Below are positions 37,715 to 47,203 of a stretch of 64,000 bases of DNA, piece by piece. Under the pieces are notes generated by a model. That model did not search any database and was not told where the DNA came from. It was given only the letters and a program-made list of their open reading frames with translations. A program made the position numbers and the translations under genes. Position 1 is the stretch's first letter, and each line of letters starts with the position of its first letter. Origin of the DNA: a virus; IMG/VR virus record IMGVR_UViG_3300037423_000584. One strand, given 5' to 3'.

Positions 37715-38180
37715 TGATATTTACTTTTATTCCTGCGAAAAGCTTAATGGAATACTAATTAATGAAGAAATAGATCCCATTATAGATCAATTAATTACTG
37801 CTGTTATAGTAAATATATTAGAAAAAGACAAATTAGATAAAGACGATATAGAGTTATTGTCACACGTTAAGAACTATGATTTGTCGAATATACAAAGTAA
37901 CGATATTTTTGGTCTAATACAGAAGATGTCTGTTATAGCTAGGGAAAATTCCCACGGTGCTTGTATATTATATAGAGTCTTTGTTACTTCTGATGCATAC
38001 AAGCAACTACTTGAATCAACTGGACAAAAGTCTGTTAAAAACATAACAATAGGCAAGGTCCAAATAAAACCATGCGATGAAGTTACTAAAGATATTGGTG
38101 TTTCTGTATACGGTATATGTAAATCAAAATTTAATATAAGTCCAATTAAGTTAATACTTACTGGAAAAATAGGAGAATAA
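37686..38180 (+). CDS. hypothetical protein
   Basis: 164-aa ORF. Confidence 0.55.
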   Translation: MSKNILKLIDDIYFYSCEKLNGILINEEIDPIIDQLITAVIVNILEKDKLDKDDIELLSHVKNYDLSNIQSNDIFGLIQKMSVIARENSHGACILYRVFVTSDAYKQLLESTGQKSVKNITIGKVQIKPCDEVTKDIGVSVYGICKSKFNISPIKLILTGKIGE

Positions 38181-38181
38181 G

Positions 38182-38364
38182 ATGTCACAAGAGTATGTAA
38201 CAAAGCCAAATTCCTCTGCTGGTTATAAGATTGATCGGCGTGCAACAATCAATGAACCTCTTAAGCCTGTAAGTTCTGATATCCTTGGTGGACCAGAAAA
38301 TATTAAGACTTCTGGGGTTAATGTATCGCCAGATGTTGTTCCAGGTCTCCCATATGGATCATAA
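38182..38364 (+). CDS. hypothetical small protein
   Basis: AGGAG RBS; coupled ORF. Confidence 0.55.
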   Translation: MSQEYVTKPNSSAGYKIDRRATINEPLKPVSSDILGGPENIKTSGVNVSPDVVPGLPYGS

Positions 38365-38369
38365 TAATA

Positions 38370-38954
38370 ATGGGAAACAATTATAGATTCGATGATAGAG
38401 ATCTTAATACCTTTAAAAAGGATATTAAGAGTTCTCACGTAAAAGAGGCTGATATTGCTGTAAGAATCTGTATCGATATTTATAATAAGACGAAAAAGTG
38501 GCCTTCGTTAGAACCTACTGGAACAGATATGACAGGAGAATATGTTTCTAATCAAAGAAATATATCATATACTCCTGATTTTAGAATAAACGATATTTTT
38601 ACTGAGATTACCAGAAGTGATGTTGATTGTAAACGATATTTTCATCAAAAATCTGGTAAAATCGATAAATATATAGTTAATAAAAATACACTGGTATTTG
38701 TAAATAATTATCTTTCTGATCCAAAGTATATCTGGCTGGATACAAAGCAAATAGAAGAATTCACACAAAGAGCAAAGTCAAAATATGGCTCTGTATTACA
38801 TCCAGGATCTGGTCATAATAAAGCTACTAATAAATCCGCATATAGATACGACATATATTGGTTTGATGAACAAAAATTATGGCAACCATTACCTAAATTA
38901 ATTAAGTCAATTCCAGAATCATATAAAGTGATTCTTAATATGGTTAAGGTGTAA
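38370..38954 (+). CDS. putative PD-(D/E)XK-like nuclease
   Basis: E...PDF.....EIT pattern. Confidence 0.4.
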   Translation: MGNNYRFDDRDLNTFKKDIKSSHVKEADIAVRICIDIYNKTKKWPSLEPTGTDMTGEYVSNQRNISYTPDFRINDIFTEITRSDVDCKRYFHQKSGKIDKYIVNKNTLVFVNNYLSDPKYIWLDTKQIEEFTQRAKSKYGSVLHPGSGHNKATNKSAYRYDIYWFDEQKLWQPLPKLIKSIPESYKVILNMVKV

Positions 38955-38955
38955 T

Positions 38956-39264
38956 ATGTCAAGACAAGTCAAAACTCATACTTTTATGGGTAAAAAGTAT
39001 AATATAAAGTTTTTACCTCCATCAAAGATGGGTAATGATTATGGAACTTGCGACAATCCAAATACTGCTAACAAAACGATTAAAATAGATAATTCTTTAT
39101 CTGGTAAGAAGTTATTAGAAATTTTATGTCACGAATCTGGTCATGCATTCTTTTATCAACACGATGAAGAAACTGTTGAACAATTCGGCAAAGATTTATC
39201 CGACTTCTTATGGAGACTTGGTTATAGGAATGTAAACGAATTACCAAAACAAGAAGAAAATTAA
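38956..39264 (+). CDS. small zincin-like metallopeptidase (HExxH)
   Basis: G.C...I.I..L....CHESGHA...EE.V. Confidence 0.7.
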   Translation: MSRQVKTHTFMGKKYNIKFLPPSKMGNDYGTCDNPNTANKTIKIDNSLSGKKLLEILCHESGHAFFYQHDEETVEQFGKDLSDFLWRLGYRNVNELPKQEEN

Positions 39265-39265
39265 T

Positions 39266-39628
39266 ATGGGAATTTTTGATTCAACTATTGTACGTTATTA
39301 TAGATGCACAGACGAGAAGTGTCAAGGTGAAATCTGTGTAGAAGAGAAAGTAAAAGATGATTGGCAAACTAAATGTCCATTCTGTGGTCTGGAAAGTCTT
39401 ATCCTTGATAGAGCAGATTCCAATATATCTATCTTTATGGATTATAGTAAACCAAAGACTATAGGTGCATTAGCCGAACAAAATACAAAGGAAAAGATTA
39501 AAACAGGCGAAATGGAGCAGATTCAAAAAGAAGAAAGAAAAAATCTTCCTTTCTGGCGTAAATCAAAGAAGATTAATTATCAAGTATTAAAGAATCCACA
39601 AAAATACATAAGAGAGGGTAAAGTATAA
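39266..39628 (+). CDS. FmdB-like zinc-ribbon protein
   Basis: YRC...C ... CPFCG and KTIGALAE.N. Confidence 0.55.
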   Translation: MGIFDSTIVRYYRCTDEKCQGEICVEEKVKDDWQTKCPFCGLESLILDRADSNISIFMDYSKPKTIGALAEQNTKEKIKTGEMEQIQKEERKNLPFWRKSKKINYQVLKNPQKYIREGKV

Positions 39629-39629
39629 T

Positions 39630-39938
39630 ATGCCCGAAGGATTTAATATTCTAGAGGAATCAAATCTTAAGTGTGCCGATTGCAATACAAATCTATTAAG
39701 TGTCATTTTAACAGAAACAAATGATACTCGTAAATCTAAGAAATTACAAGAACTTAACGCAAGATATAAAGTTTCAAAATGCTGCTATTGTGGAGGCTCT
39801 AGCTTCCTTTCAAAAATATATAGCGGTACTAGTGTTGTTTCAGCATCTAAAGATAATATAATTTTGGATGTAGAAGACACATATTTCGATGACGATAATA
39901 ATATAGTTACGATAATTACAACGAGAAAGAAGTCATGA
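39630..39938 (+). CDS. Zn-finger hypothetical protein
   Basis: CADC ... CYCG. Confidence 0.55.
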   Translation: MPEGFNILEESNLKCADCNTNLLSVILTETNDTRKSKKLQELNARYKVSKCCYCGGSSFLSKIYSGTSVVSASKDNIILDVEDTYFDDDNNIVTIITTRKKS

Positions 39939-40300
39939 GCGATTCATTAAATTTACAAGACGCAATAACTAGACCAAAAGATTCTACAGAACAAAGTGCA
40001 ACTATTCTTAAGTATGATAGGAATGGTAAGGGATTAGATAAACTAGATAATTCCAAACTTTGTGCAGAATCTATAGTCAATGGCAATATATCTATTTTTA
40101 AGATCAAGGCCAAGCGTGGTGGTCAGTTTTATAATCCATTAAAGGATAATAGCAACTATGGCTTGGACAAGAAAGATAAAGTCACCAAAGACGACATGTT
40201 TAAGCTTAGAGAAGTAAAAGAAACAGCATTCAAGAATTATGTTCAGTTTCTGAAAACAAAGCAAGATTCATTCCTATTTATAGCAGAAAGAGAAGTATAA
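39935..40300 (+). CDS. hypothetical protein
   Basis: Coupled ORF. Confidence 0.6.
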   Translation: MSDSLNLQDAITRPKDSTEQSATILKYDRNGKGLDKLDNSKLCAESIVNGNISIFKIKAKRGGQFYNPLKDNSNYGLDKKDKVTKDDMFKLREVKETAFKNYVQFLKTKQDSFLFIAEREV

Positions 40301-40301
40301 G

Positions 40302-40646
40302 ATGTCCGGCAATGAGACTAATCACAATGATTGGGTTGAGAATCTAACAAATGATATCTCAGAGTTTCTATCGAGCAACAAAAGTATTAAGTTCAATACT
40401 CATAGAAATAGAAAAGCAATTATTTCTAAAATCAACTCAATGATTAAGGAATCTATTGCTACCAATACTGGTCAAATAAATAAAGAAGGATTCGTCACTA
40501 AGACTGAATCTGCTATTACTAAGATTCGTCCAGATGCTGAACCTTCGTATCGTCCTACTGTTATGACTGAAGAATTGTCTTCCAAGGGCGATGAATCATT
40601 AGAACGAACTATGTCTAAGAATAAAAATGGCACTAGAGTATGGTAA
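40302..40646 (+). CDS. hypothetical protein
   Basis: Coupled ORF. Confidence 0.6.
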   Translation: MSGNETNHNDWVENLTNDISEFLSSNKSIKFNTHRNRKAIISKINSMIKESIATNTGQINKEGFVTKTESAITKIRPDAEPSYRPTVMTEELSSKGDESLERTMSKNKNGTRVW

Positions 40647-41002
40647 GATGGAATATAACATTCAATGACGGCACTAATCTTACTGGTATGACTGATGATG
40701 GAAGTTGGAAACTAGTACCAGATTTTATAAACAGAAAGAATCTAAAGATCGTTTCCATGAATATTGGAAACGATTTTGGTATAGGCAGGATAGATAATAA
40801 CTGTGATGGATATTATCTAAATAATAAAATCATTGCTATAATGCAATCAAAACAACAGGTCAGAATGGTGGGAATAGGATATTGGCGTAAGCATGAATCT
40901 GTTGTTAGAATAAAGTGGTACAATGCTGATAACATGGAACTTATCAAAACAGAAGCACAACCAGTTAATGAAATAAAACAAGCTTTAATTAAAAATATAT
41001 GA
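40640..41002 (+). CDS. hypothetical protein
   Basis: Coupled ORF. Confidence 0.6.
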   Translation: MVRWNITFNDGTNLTGMTDDGSWKLVPDFINRKNLKIVSMNIGNDFGIGRIDNNCDGYYLNNKIIAIMQSKQQVRMVGIGYWRKHESVVRIKWYNADNMELIKTEAQPVNEIKQALIKNI

Positions 41003-41568
41003 ACATAGATTGGAAAACAGTCCCTTATAATCACAAGTGGGAAAAATCATTTACATCTATATTCGATCCGTCTGGTAAAGTAACATTTCCGCAGTTAATT
41101 GCGGAAATGATTCTTTTTAATAGAGAACAATATATAAATTCATTTCAAAAGCTTCCAAGAGGTCCTGGTTGGAGTAATGCAATCCAGCGACAAGTAAGAT
41201 CTCTTGTTCAGCAAGCAATAGTTGTTTGTAATTACTTTCCAGATATAAAGACAGAGCCATTAGTTATAGTAGCTTTTAAAAGCTTTATTAAAAATAACAG
41301 AGTCTTTAAGATAGGTCAATATAGAAAGACCCGAATTACAAAACAAGGCAAAGTTAATATTACTCAAGATGAAAAAGATGTAGTTAAAGGTATATCTAAA
41401 GAACTTGATAAATTAATTTCTGCTAGAGATTGTACAAAGTCTGTTGTGGAAGAAATAAAGATTCCAGAACAGAAGCAAGTCTCATTCGCAACAAATAGGA
41501 ATAAACAAACATCTAAATCTAACCTATTGTCATTAATGGAGTTAGAGAATAAAATAAACAAATCTTAA
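40999..41568 (+). CDS. hypothetical protein
   Basis: Coupled ORF upstream of recA. Confidence 0.6.
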   Translation: MNIDWKTVPYNHKWEKSFTSIFDPSGKVTFPQLIAEMILFNREQYINSFQKLPRGPGWSNAIQRQVRSLVQQAIVVCNYFPDIKTEPLVIVAFKSFIKNNRVFKIGQYRKTRITKQGKVNITQDEKDVVKGISKELDKLISARDCTKSVVEEIKIPEQKQVSFATNRNKQTSKSNLLSLMELENKINKS

Positions 41569-41615
41569 AAACACATCGGCATATACCCGATAGTTAGTTC
41601 AAAAAAGGAATAAAT

Positions 41616-42671
41616 ATGGCCGACGATACCGCAGAATTTTATAGTATATCAGCAGAACAGTTATTCGAAGAAACGGCAAAGAGAGATATCATTACATGTT
41701 CATTAGCAACAGACATAGCTCTTGGTGGTGGTATTCCTCTTGGTTGTACTGTTCTTATTGGTGGTAAAGCAAAGCTAGGTAAAACAACTATATCTTTGCA
41801 ATTTGGTGCAAATGCACAAAACAAGTATGGAAGTAAGATCTTCTATTTTAATATAGAAGGACGTCTAAGTAAGCTAGTTCTCAGTCAGATTCAGGGTATT
41901 AAGTTAGACAAAGATCATTTCGAGGTCGTAATGCCTCCGGTTATTACCGATAAGAAAGGTAATGTAATTGGATATAAAAAGGTAGGATCTAATTACTGGT
42001 GGGCAAAGATTGGTCAAGTTATATCAGAGAATCCTAAGTCTGTTGTTATTGTAGATTCAATTGCTGCTCTATCTTCCGAAAAGGAAGTTTCAGAAGGTAT
42101 GGGATATCAAGGTCGTGGCGATGGACAGAAGCTAGAAGCTCAGTTCTGTCGTAAGTATGGAGATATCATTGTACCAAATAGAGTAACAGTATTCCTACTA
42201 ACACATATTCAGGCAAATACATCTGGATATGGTCCTCCTGTACAGATTAAAGCAGGTAACGCTGTTAAACATACCGCAGATATTATTCTATTCGGTAAAA
42301 CCGCAGAGAAGTGGAAAGAACAAGATGGTCGTATCTTGGGACATGATATGATTTATAATGTAGAGTGTAGTGCTCTTGGTCCTCCTCATACAGAAATGAG
42401 AGTTCCTCTACGCTACGGAACAGGTATAGACGTTATTAAAGATATAATAACACAATGTATTAATTGGGAAATAATTAAAAAAGCAGGAGCTTGGTATACT
42501 ATTCCATTTACAGAAAAAGACGGAAAAATAGAATTTATAGAACAATCTGATGATAAAGAGATAAAATTACTTAAATTCCAAGGTGAAGATAATATTAGAA
42601 ATTGGTTATTAATAAGACCGAATGAAACAAAAATTTTAGAAGATATTATTAGAAAAAAGATATTTGGATAA
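41616..42671 (+). CDS. recA: RecA/UvsX recombinase
   Basis: DIALGGGIP.G, GKAKLGKTT, IE, IVDSIAAL, GNAVKH and KAGAWY. Confidence 0.9.
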   Translation: MADDTAEFYSISAEQLFEETAKRDIITCSLATDIALGGGIPLGCTVLIGGKAKLGKTTISLQFGANAQNKYGSKIFYFNIEGRLSKLVLSQIQGIKLDKDHFEVVMPPVITDKKGNVIGYKKVGSNYWWAKIGQVISENPKSVVIVDSIAALSSEKEVSEGMGYQGRGDGQKLEAQFCRKYGDIIVPNRVTVFLLTHIQANTSGYGPPVQIKAGNAVKHTADIILFGKTAEKWKEQDGRILGHDMIYNVECSALGPPHTEMRVPLRYGTGIDVIKDIITQCINWEIIKKAGAWYTIPFTEKDGKIEFIEQSDDKEIKLLKFQGEDNIRNWLLIRPNETKILEDIIRKKIFG

Positions 42672-42676
42672 TTTAG

Positions 42677-42724
42677 TTATCTCTATTTAGTTGTATTATA
42701 CAATACATAACTAAATGGAGATAA
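42677..42724 (+). promoter_or_regulatory. RBS-sequestering hairpin upstream of an HNH gene
   Basis: TTATCTCTATTTAGTT pairs with AACTAAATGGAGATAA (16 bp, one G-U); TGTATTATAC lies near the loop. Confidence 0.7.
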
Positions 42725-43365
42725 TGATGAAGAAAATATATACAAAAGAATTTTGGCAAAACAATCCAGAAATATTAGAAGACATAATTAAAACCTATCC
42801 TCATACTGGTGCAAGATATTTATCTAATAAATATAATATACCGATATTCACGATCAAAGGAATTGCATTAAAAAACAAATTGCAGGTGATTAAGAATTAC
42901 AAAGATAGGATATGCAATATTTGTTTTAAAGAAAAATGTATAGATGGCAGAAAATTATGTAAAAAATGTTATAACATAGAACATGTAAAATGGGAACAAA
43001 TAAAACTAGAAGAAAACCCAATAGAATATAGAATTTATAATATTTTTTATGCTATTAAAAAAAGAAAAGAAAAATATAAAGAAAAATTAGATTTTGATTG
43101 GAAATATTTATTAGAATTATATCATAAACAAAATGGAAAATGCTATTATACAAATAGAGATATGATAGCGACAAATAAGTTTTCTGCAAAAAAGCAATCT
43201 GATTCAATAAGTGTGGATAGAATAGATAGTACAAAAGGATATTCTAAAGATAATATAGTTCTATGTACTTGGTGGGCAAACGATGCAAAGTGTCGTCTTT
43301 GTGAAAAAGAATTTTATGAAAGATGCAAATCGATTTATGAAAAACTCAAACATAAATATAATTAG
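42715..43365 (+). CDS. HNH-like (homing) endonuclease; start probably 42724 or 42727
   Basis: KQNGKCYYT ... SVDRIDSTKGYSKDNIVLC...N.AK; N-terminal Zn finger. Confidence 0.8.
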   Translation: MEIMMKKIYTKEFWQNNPEILEDIIKTYPHTGARYLSNKYNIPIFTIKGIALKNKLQVIKNYKDRICNICFKEKCIDGRKLCKKCYNIEHVKWEQIKLEENPIEYRIYNIFYAIKKRKEKYKEKLDFDWKYLLELYHKQNGKCYYTNRDMIATNKFSAKKQSDSISVDRIDSTKGYSKDNIVLCTWWANDAKCRLCEKEFYERCKSIYEKLKHKYN

Positions 43366-43380
43366 AAAGAAGGTCTTTGG

Positions 43381-43605
43381 ATGATATTAGTAAGTAAAAT
43401 TAATCAGGATATTTTGTCGGAAATGCAAGAACAACTATTAATGATCCATGATTCAATATATAATCTGTTACCAGAGCAGGGGGATATTACGCTAGATAAT
43501 CTAGCAGAGAAATTCATTATAGAGAAGCAAGATAATACTTTGTCTGATCTATTTGTTGATCTTGGTATCCTTAATTCCGCTGGATTGGTAAATATTGCTG
43601 TATGA
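43381..43605 (+). CDS. hypothetical protein
   Basis: ORF with an upstream AGAAGG. Confidence 0.55.
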   Translation: MILVSKINQDILSEMQEQLLMIHDSIYNLLPEQGDITLDNLAEKFIIEKQDNTLSDLFVDLGILNSAGLVNIAV

Positions 43606-43988
43606 AAATGTTTAATATTTTTGGCGATTTAGTAAACGCCGATGTAAGAGAATCTACTTATCCTCTTAAAGCTAGAAGTAAATCGATTTTACAACAAAAA
43701 GTAAAAGAACGGTTAATTGAAAAATTTCCAAGGGAACAAATCTTAGAAGAATTTATTTTACCTGGATCAAGACTTAGTTTAGATCTCATAATAATAAAAC
43801 TTAGAAAAGCTTTTGAAATCGATGGAGATCAACATCTACATCATAATTATTTTTTTCATGGCGACAGAAATTCTGGAAAATTTGCAAAACAAATTTCTAA
43901 CGATAGAAAAAAAGACGAGTGGTGTGAAATGAATGGAATAGAATTAATAAGAATTTATTCAGAAGAAGATATGGAAAATAAAATCTAA
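43602..43988 (+). CDS. DUF559/Vsr-like endonuclease
   Basis: LD...AFEIDGDQH...D..KDEWC..NGIELIRI. Confidence 0.75.
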   Translation: MKMFNIFGDLVNADVRESTYPLKARSKSILQQKVKERLIEKFPREQILEEFILPGSRLSLDLIIIKLRKAFEIDGDQHLHHNYFFHGDRNSGKFAKQISNDRKKDEWCEMNGIELIRIYSEEDMENKI

Positions 43989-43997
43989 AATTAATAT

Positions 43998-44041
43998 AAA
44001 TCTTCTATATTATATTATACGATAATGTAATTAGGAGATTT
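43998..44041 (+). promoter_or_regulatory. RBS-sequestering hairpin upstream of the second HNH gene
   Basis: AAATCTTCTA/TAGGAGATTT plus ATTATATTAT/ATAATGTAAT; contains TATATTATAC. Confidence 0.7.
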
Positions 44042-44042
44042 T

Positions 44043-44708
44043 ATGCCAAAAAAGATAAATGACGATTTGATTAAAAAAATAATAGAATTAATTCCATACA
44101 AAATTTTCGTAGAAATAGAAAAAGAACTTTGTGTATCTGATTCAGTGATATCTAATATTGCCAAAAAGAATAATATTGTTCCACGAAAAAATTATAAAAT
44201 ATCTAAAGATAAAGAAATTTATATTTTAGAAAACGTTAATAAAAAATCAATAACTGAGATCGCTAAGGACATTGGAGTAAGTAAATCTTGTGTAAGAAAT
44301 TTTTTAGTTAGTAAAGTTATAAAAATAGTTCATTCATATAGATGATTCTTCGCACGAATAAAAACATGTTTAAAATCTGCAAAGAATCGGAGTAAAAGCA
44401 AAAATATACCATTTGATTTAGATATAGAATTCCTTTTATCTTTATGGGAAAAACAAAATGGAAAATGTTTCTATTCAGGAATAGATTTAGGAACATATGA
44501 GTATGGAATCAAATATAATAATAAAAGAAACAGAAATTCTTTATCTATAGATAGAATTGATCCATCTAAAGGATATGAAAAAGATAATGTAGTTTTATGT
44601 TCTCTATGGGCCAATACTGCAAAATCTATTTTATCTCCGGAAGATTTTATACAAATGTGTGAAACAGTTGTAGAATATAATAAAACTAAGGTACAAAATG
44701 CCCGATGA
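44043..44708 (+). pseudogene. HTH + HNH-like endonuclease interrupted by one in-frame TGA (44343-44345)
   Basis: The same frame continues FFARIK...KQNGKCFYSG...SIDRIDPSKGYEKDNVVLC to TGA at 44706-44708. Confidence 0.75.
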
Positions 44709-45207
44709 TATTAAAGATAAATTCAAAGAGCAGTTAGACGAAATAGAAAAGGCATTAGATAAGTTTGAAGAAGAGGCTGGTTTGCCAAAACTGCAAAAAG
44801 TTGAGGCACCAGCCTATCTTACAATGAATCTTGCTGATCTAAGAAAGAAAACCCCAGAAGAACTAAGTGAAGCAGTATTTGTTATAAATCAATATTCCCT
44901 TTATATAACACGATTAATTAACAAGAATCGTGCTTGGGAAAAATGGGGCCGATCAAGAATAGATGAAATATCAGCTATGTTTCTTGAACAAACAGATCCT
45001 TCTTATGGTCCTTATGCTAGATTGCATGTGGCTAAGAACAAGCCTGATCTTTGTAAGAAACTAAATGCCTTCATTAGAAAGGTTAGTATGGAGGCAGAAA
45101 GATTGGCAGATATACCTAATCAATTAAGATTTATGGCTGATAGTATAAGAGATATGAAATTCTCTGCAATTCGGAAAGAGAAAAATTATGGCAAAACAGA
45201 AGAATAA
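44698..45207 (+). CDS. helical hypothetical protein (UvsY-like mediator?)
   Basis: All-helical, located between recA and dnaB; function is a guess. Confidence 0.45.
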   Translation: MPDDIKDKFKEQLDEIEKALDKFEEEAGLPKLQKVEAPAYLTMNLADLRKKTPEELSEAVFVINQYSLYITRLINKNRAWEKWGRSRIDEISAMFLEQTDPSYGPYARLHVAKNKPDLCKKLNAFIRKVSMEAERLADIPNQLRFMADSIRDMKFSAIRKEKNYGKTEE

Positions 45208-45688
45208 CGAAGATAAGATTATAGCAGAAGCATTTATAAGTATTAGGACTGCTATTCTAGAAGGTAATTGGCAATTGGTTTGTGATGCTTATGAGTCTAT
45301 ATCTGGTGAGAAGCTAGATCCTCCAGAGGAAGAAAAGTCTAGGCTTGATAATATCAGAGATCTAATGCAAGCACAAGAGGATAAGCCAAAGCCGGGTCGA
45401 AAGCCAAAAAAAGAGAAGCCAGAAGTAGTCATAGCAACAGAAAAAGAAGCAACCGAAGAAGTAGCAATATCTTCTGGCGAGCTTGTAGAACAAAAGATTA
45501 AGAATGGCATGACTGTTATAACTACTGAATTTGATGAACAAGAAGCTAGTCTTAATAAAGTAGTTGCTGCCAAGAAATCAAAATTGCCCACTGTAAAAAG
45601 ATCATCACAAATTATAGATAATTCAGATGACGAAAATGCAGATTCACGATTTCATTCGAAACCCAAAATAGCACCACCTTGGAGATAA
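45188..45688 (+). CDS. hypothetical charged protein
   Basis: 166-aa ORF. Confidence 0.6.
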   Translation: MAKQKNNEDKIIAEAFISIRTAILEGNWQLVCDAYESISGEKLDPPEEEKSRLDNIRDLMQAQEDKPKPGRKPKKEKPEVVIATEKEATEEVAISSGELVEQKIKNGMTVITTEFDEQEASLNKVVAAKKSKLPTVKRSSQIIDNSDDENADSRFHSKPKIAPPWR

Positions 45689-45700
45689 TAGAGACAGGAT

Positions 45701-47203
45701 ATGAAGGAATTAAAACAACTTAGAGATGCTGGTTCAGAACGTGCATTACTTGCTACAATTGTAAGAAATGGCAAGAATGCATTAATAGATGCAGATGGCA
45801 TTATAGATGCTACAGATTTTTCCCTTCCTATAAATAGAGCAATTTATTCTGCACTAATTCATTTAGCAGAAGATCCAAATTGCGAACGATTTGACATAGA
45901 ATCTATTAAGATGAAGATCAAGAACCTTGGTTTTGGAGATGTTATTTCCTCAACCAAGGAACTTGAATATTTAGATCTTTTAGACTCTGTTAGCGTAGAT
46001 GCAAGCAATATTCCAATGTTTGCTATACAAATTAAGAAGTATTCTATAGTTAGAGATCTATATAGACGTTATACCGATGCTGCTAATTATCTACAGAACA
46101 TATCTGGAAATGAAACTCTTTCAGATATTATTAAAGAAGCAGAAGGAAAGATTATAGATTTTGTTACTGGAATCGAAGGTTCCGGTGCTTTGCAACAGCT
46201 TACAGGAGATTTGCTATCATACATCGATCACGTAATCCAATCGGAAGAAGTAGATCAGGTTGGTCTTCCAACAGGATTTCCAATTTACGACGAAGCAATT
46301 GGTGGTGGGCCACGCAGAGGCACCGTAACAATGAAGGGTGCAAGACCAAAGACGGGAAAAAGTTTCGATGCTCTGAACACGGGATTGAATGTTGCGAAGA
46401 AAAAGATTCCAGTCCTTTATTTGGATACAGAGCTAACCGCAAGTTATCAGAAGAACAGAATGGTTTGCATTAATTCTGGTTGTCCTATTTGGAAGTTTGA
46501 GACTGGTAAGTTTAAGCACGAGAAGGACTTAGTAAAGAAAGTAATAGATGCTGGCAAAGAACTTGAGAATACTCCATTCTATTATGAATCTATTTCTGGA
46601 ATGAGTCATACAGAAGCTTTAGCTCTTGTAAGACGTTGGTTAGTAAAACACGTAGGATTTAATTCCGAAGGTAAAGCAAACGATTGTTTAATCATCTATG
46701 ATTACATGAAGCTAACCAGCGGAGCAAGTCTTACAAAAGTAACACCCGAATACATCGTACTAGGTTTGATGTTGACCGAAATGCATAATTTCGCTGTTAA
46801 ATACGATGTTCCTATTCTTGGATATGTTCAGTTGAATAGAGATGGAATCGATGCAGAAGATACAAGCGTTATCGCTGGATCTGACAGAATTTTATGGCTC
46901 TGTTCTTCAATGAGTATCTTTAAGAATAAAGATGAAACCGATGTTGATCTTGGATGTGGATGGGATAAAGGTAATAAAAAGCTTCTTGTGCTAGAAACCA
47001 GACATGGTAGTGGATTAGATGGTCATAATAATTACATCAATCTTCATGCATCGCTCAAACCCATGGTAGCCAGAGAAGAAGCATGTGGATTGATTAGAGA
47101 AGGTTTTACATATAGTCAAGTAGCGGTTAAGAACAATGTTAGCAACAACCAGCAAAAGAATCAGCCAAGAAACCCTGAATCAAATAACGGAAGCAGCCAA
47201 TGA
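45701..47203 (+). CDS. dnaB: DnaB-like replicative helicase
   Basis: SERALL N-domain, GLPTGF, GARPKTGKS, DTE, YDY, QLNR and RHG. Confidence 0.9.
   Translation: MKELKQLRDAGSERALLATIVRNGKNALIDADGIIDATDFSLPINRAIYSALIHLAEDPNCERFDIESIKMKIKNLGFGDVISSTKELEYLDLLDSVSVDASNIPMFAIQIKKYSIVRDLYRRYTDAANYLQNISGNETLSDIIKEAEGKIIDFVTGIEGSGALQQLTGDLLSYIDHVIQSEEVDQVGLPTGFPIYDEAIGGGPRRGTVTMKGARPKTGKSFDALNTGLNVAKKKIPVLYLDTELTASYQKNRMVCINSGCPIWKFETGKFKHEKDLVKKVIDAGKELENTPFYYESISGMSHTEALALVRRWLVKHVGFNSEGKANDCLIIYDYMKLTSGASLTKVTPEYIVLGLMLTEMHNFAVKYDVPILGYVQLNRDGIDAEDTSVIAGSDRILWLCSSMSIFKNKDETDVDLGCGWDKGNKKLLVLETRHGSGLDGHNNYINLHASLKPMVAREEACGLIREGFTYSQVAVKNNVSNNQQKNQPRNPESNNGSSQ

Noticed and set aside
34062-38954. Restriction-modification pair (C5-MTase plus the PD-(D/E)XK-like ORF at 38370)
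   Set aside because: The genes are separated by several unrelated genes and the nuclease call is weak; the MTase is best treated as an orphan.
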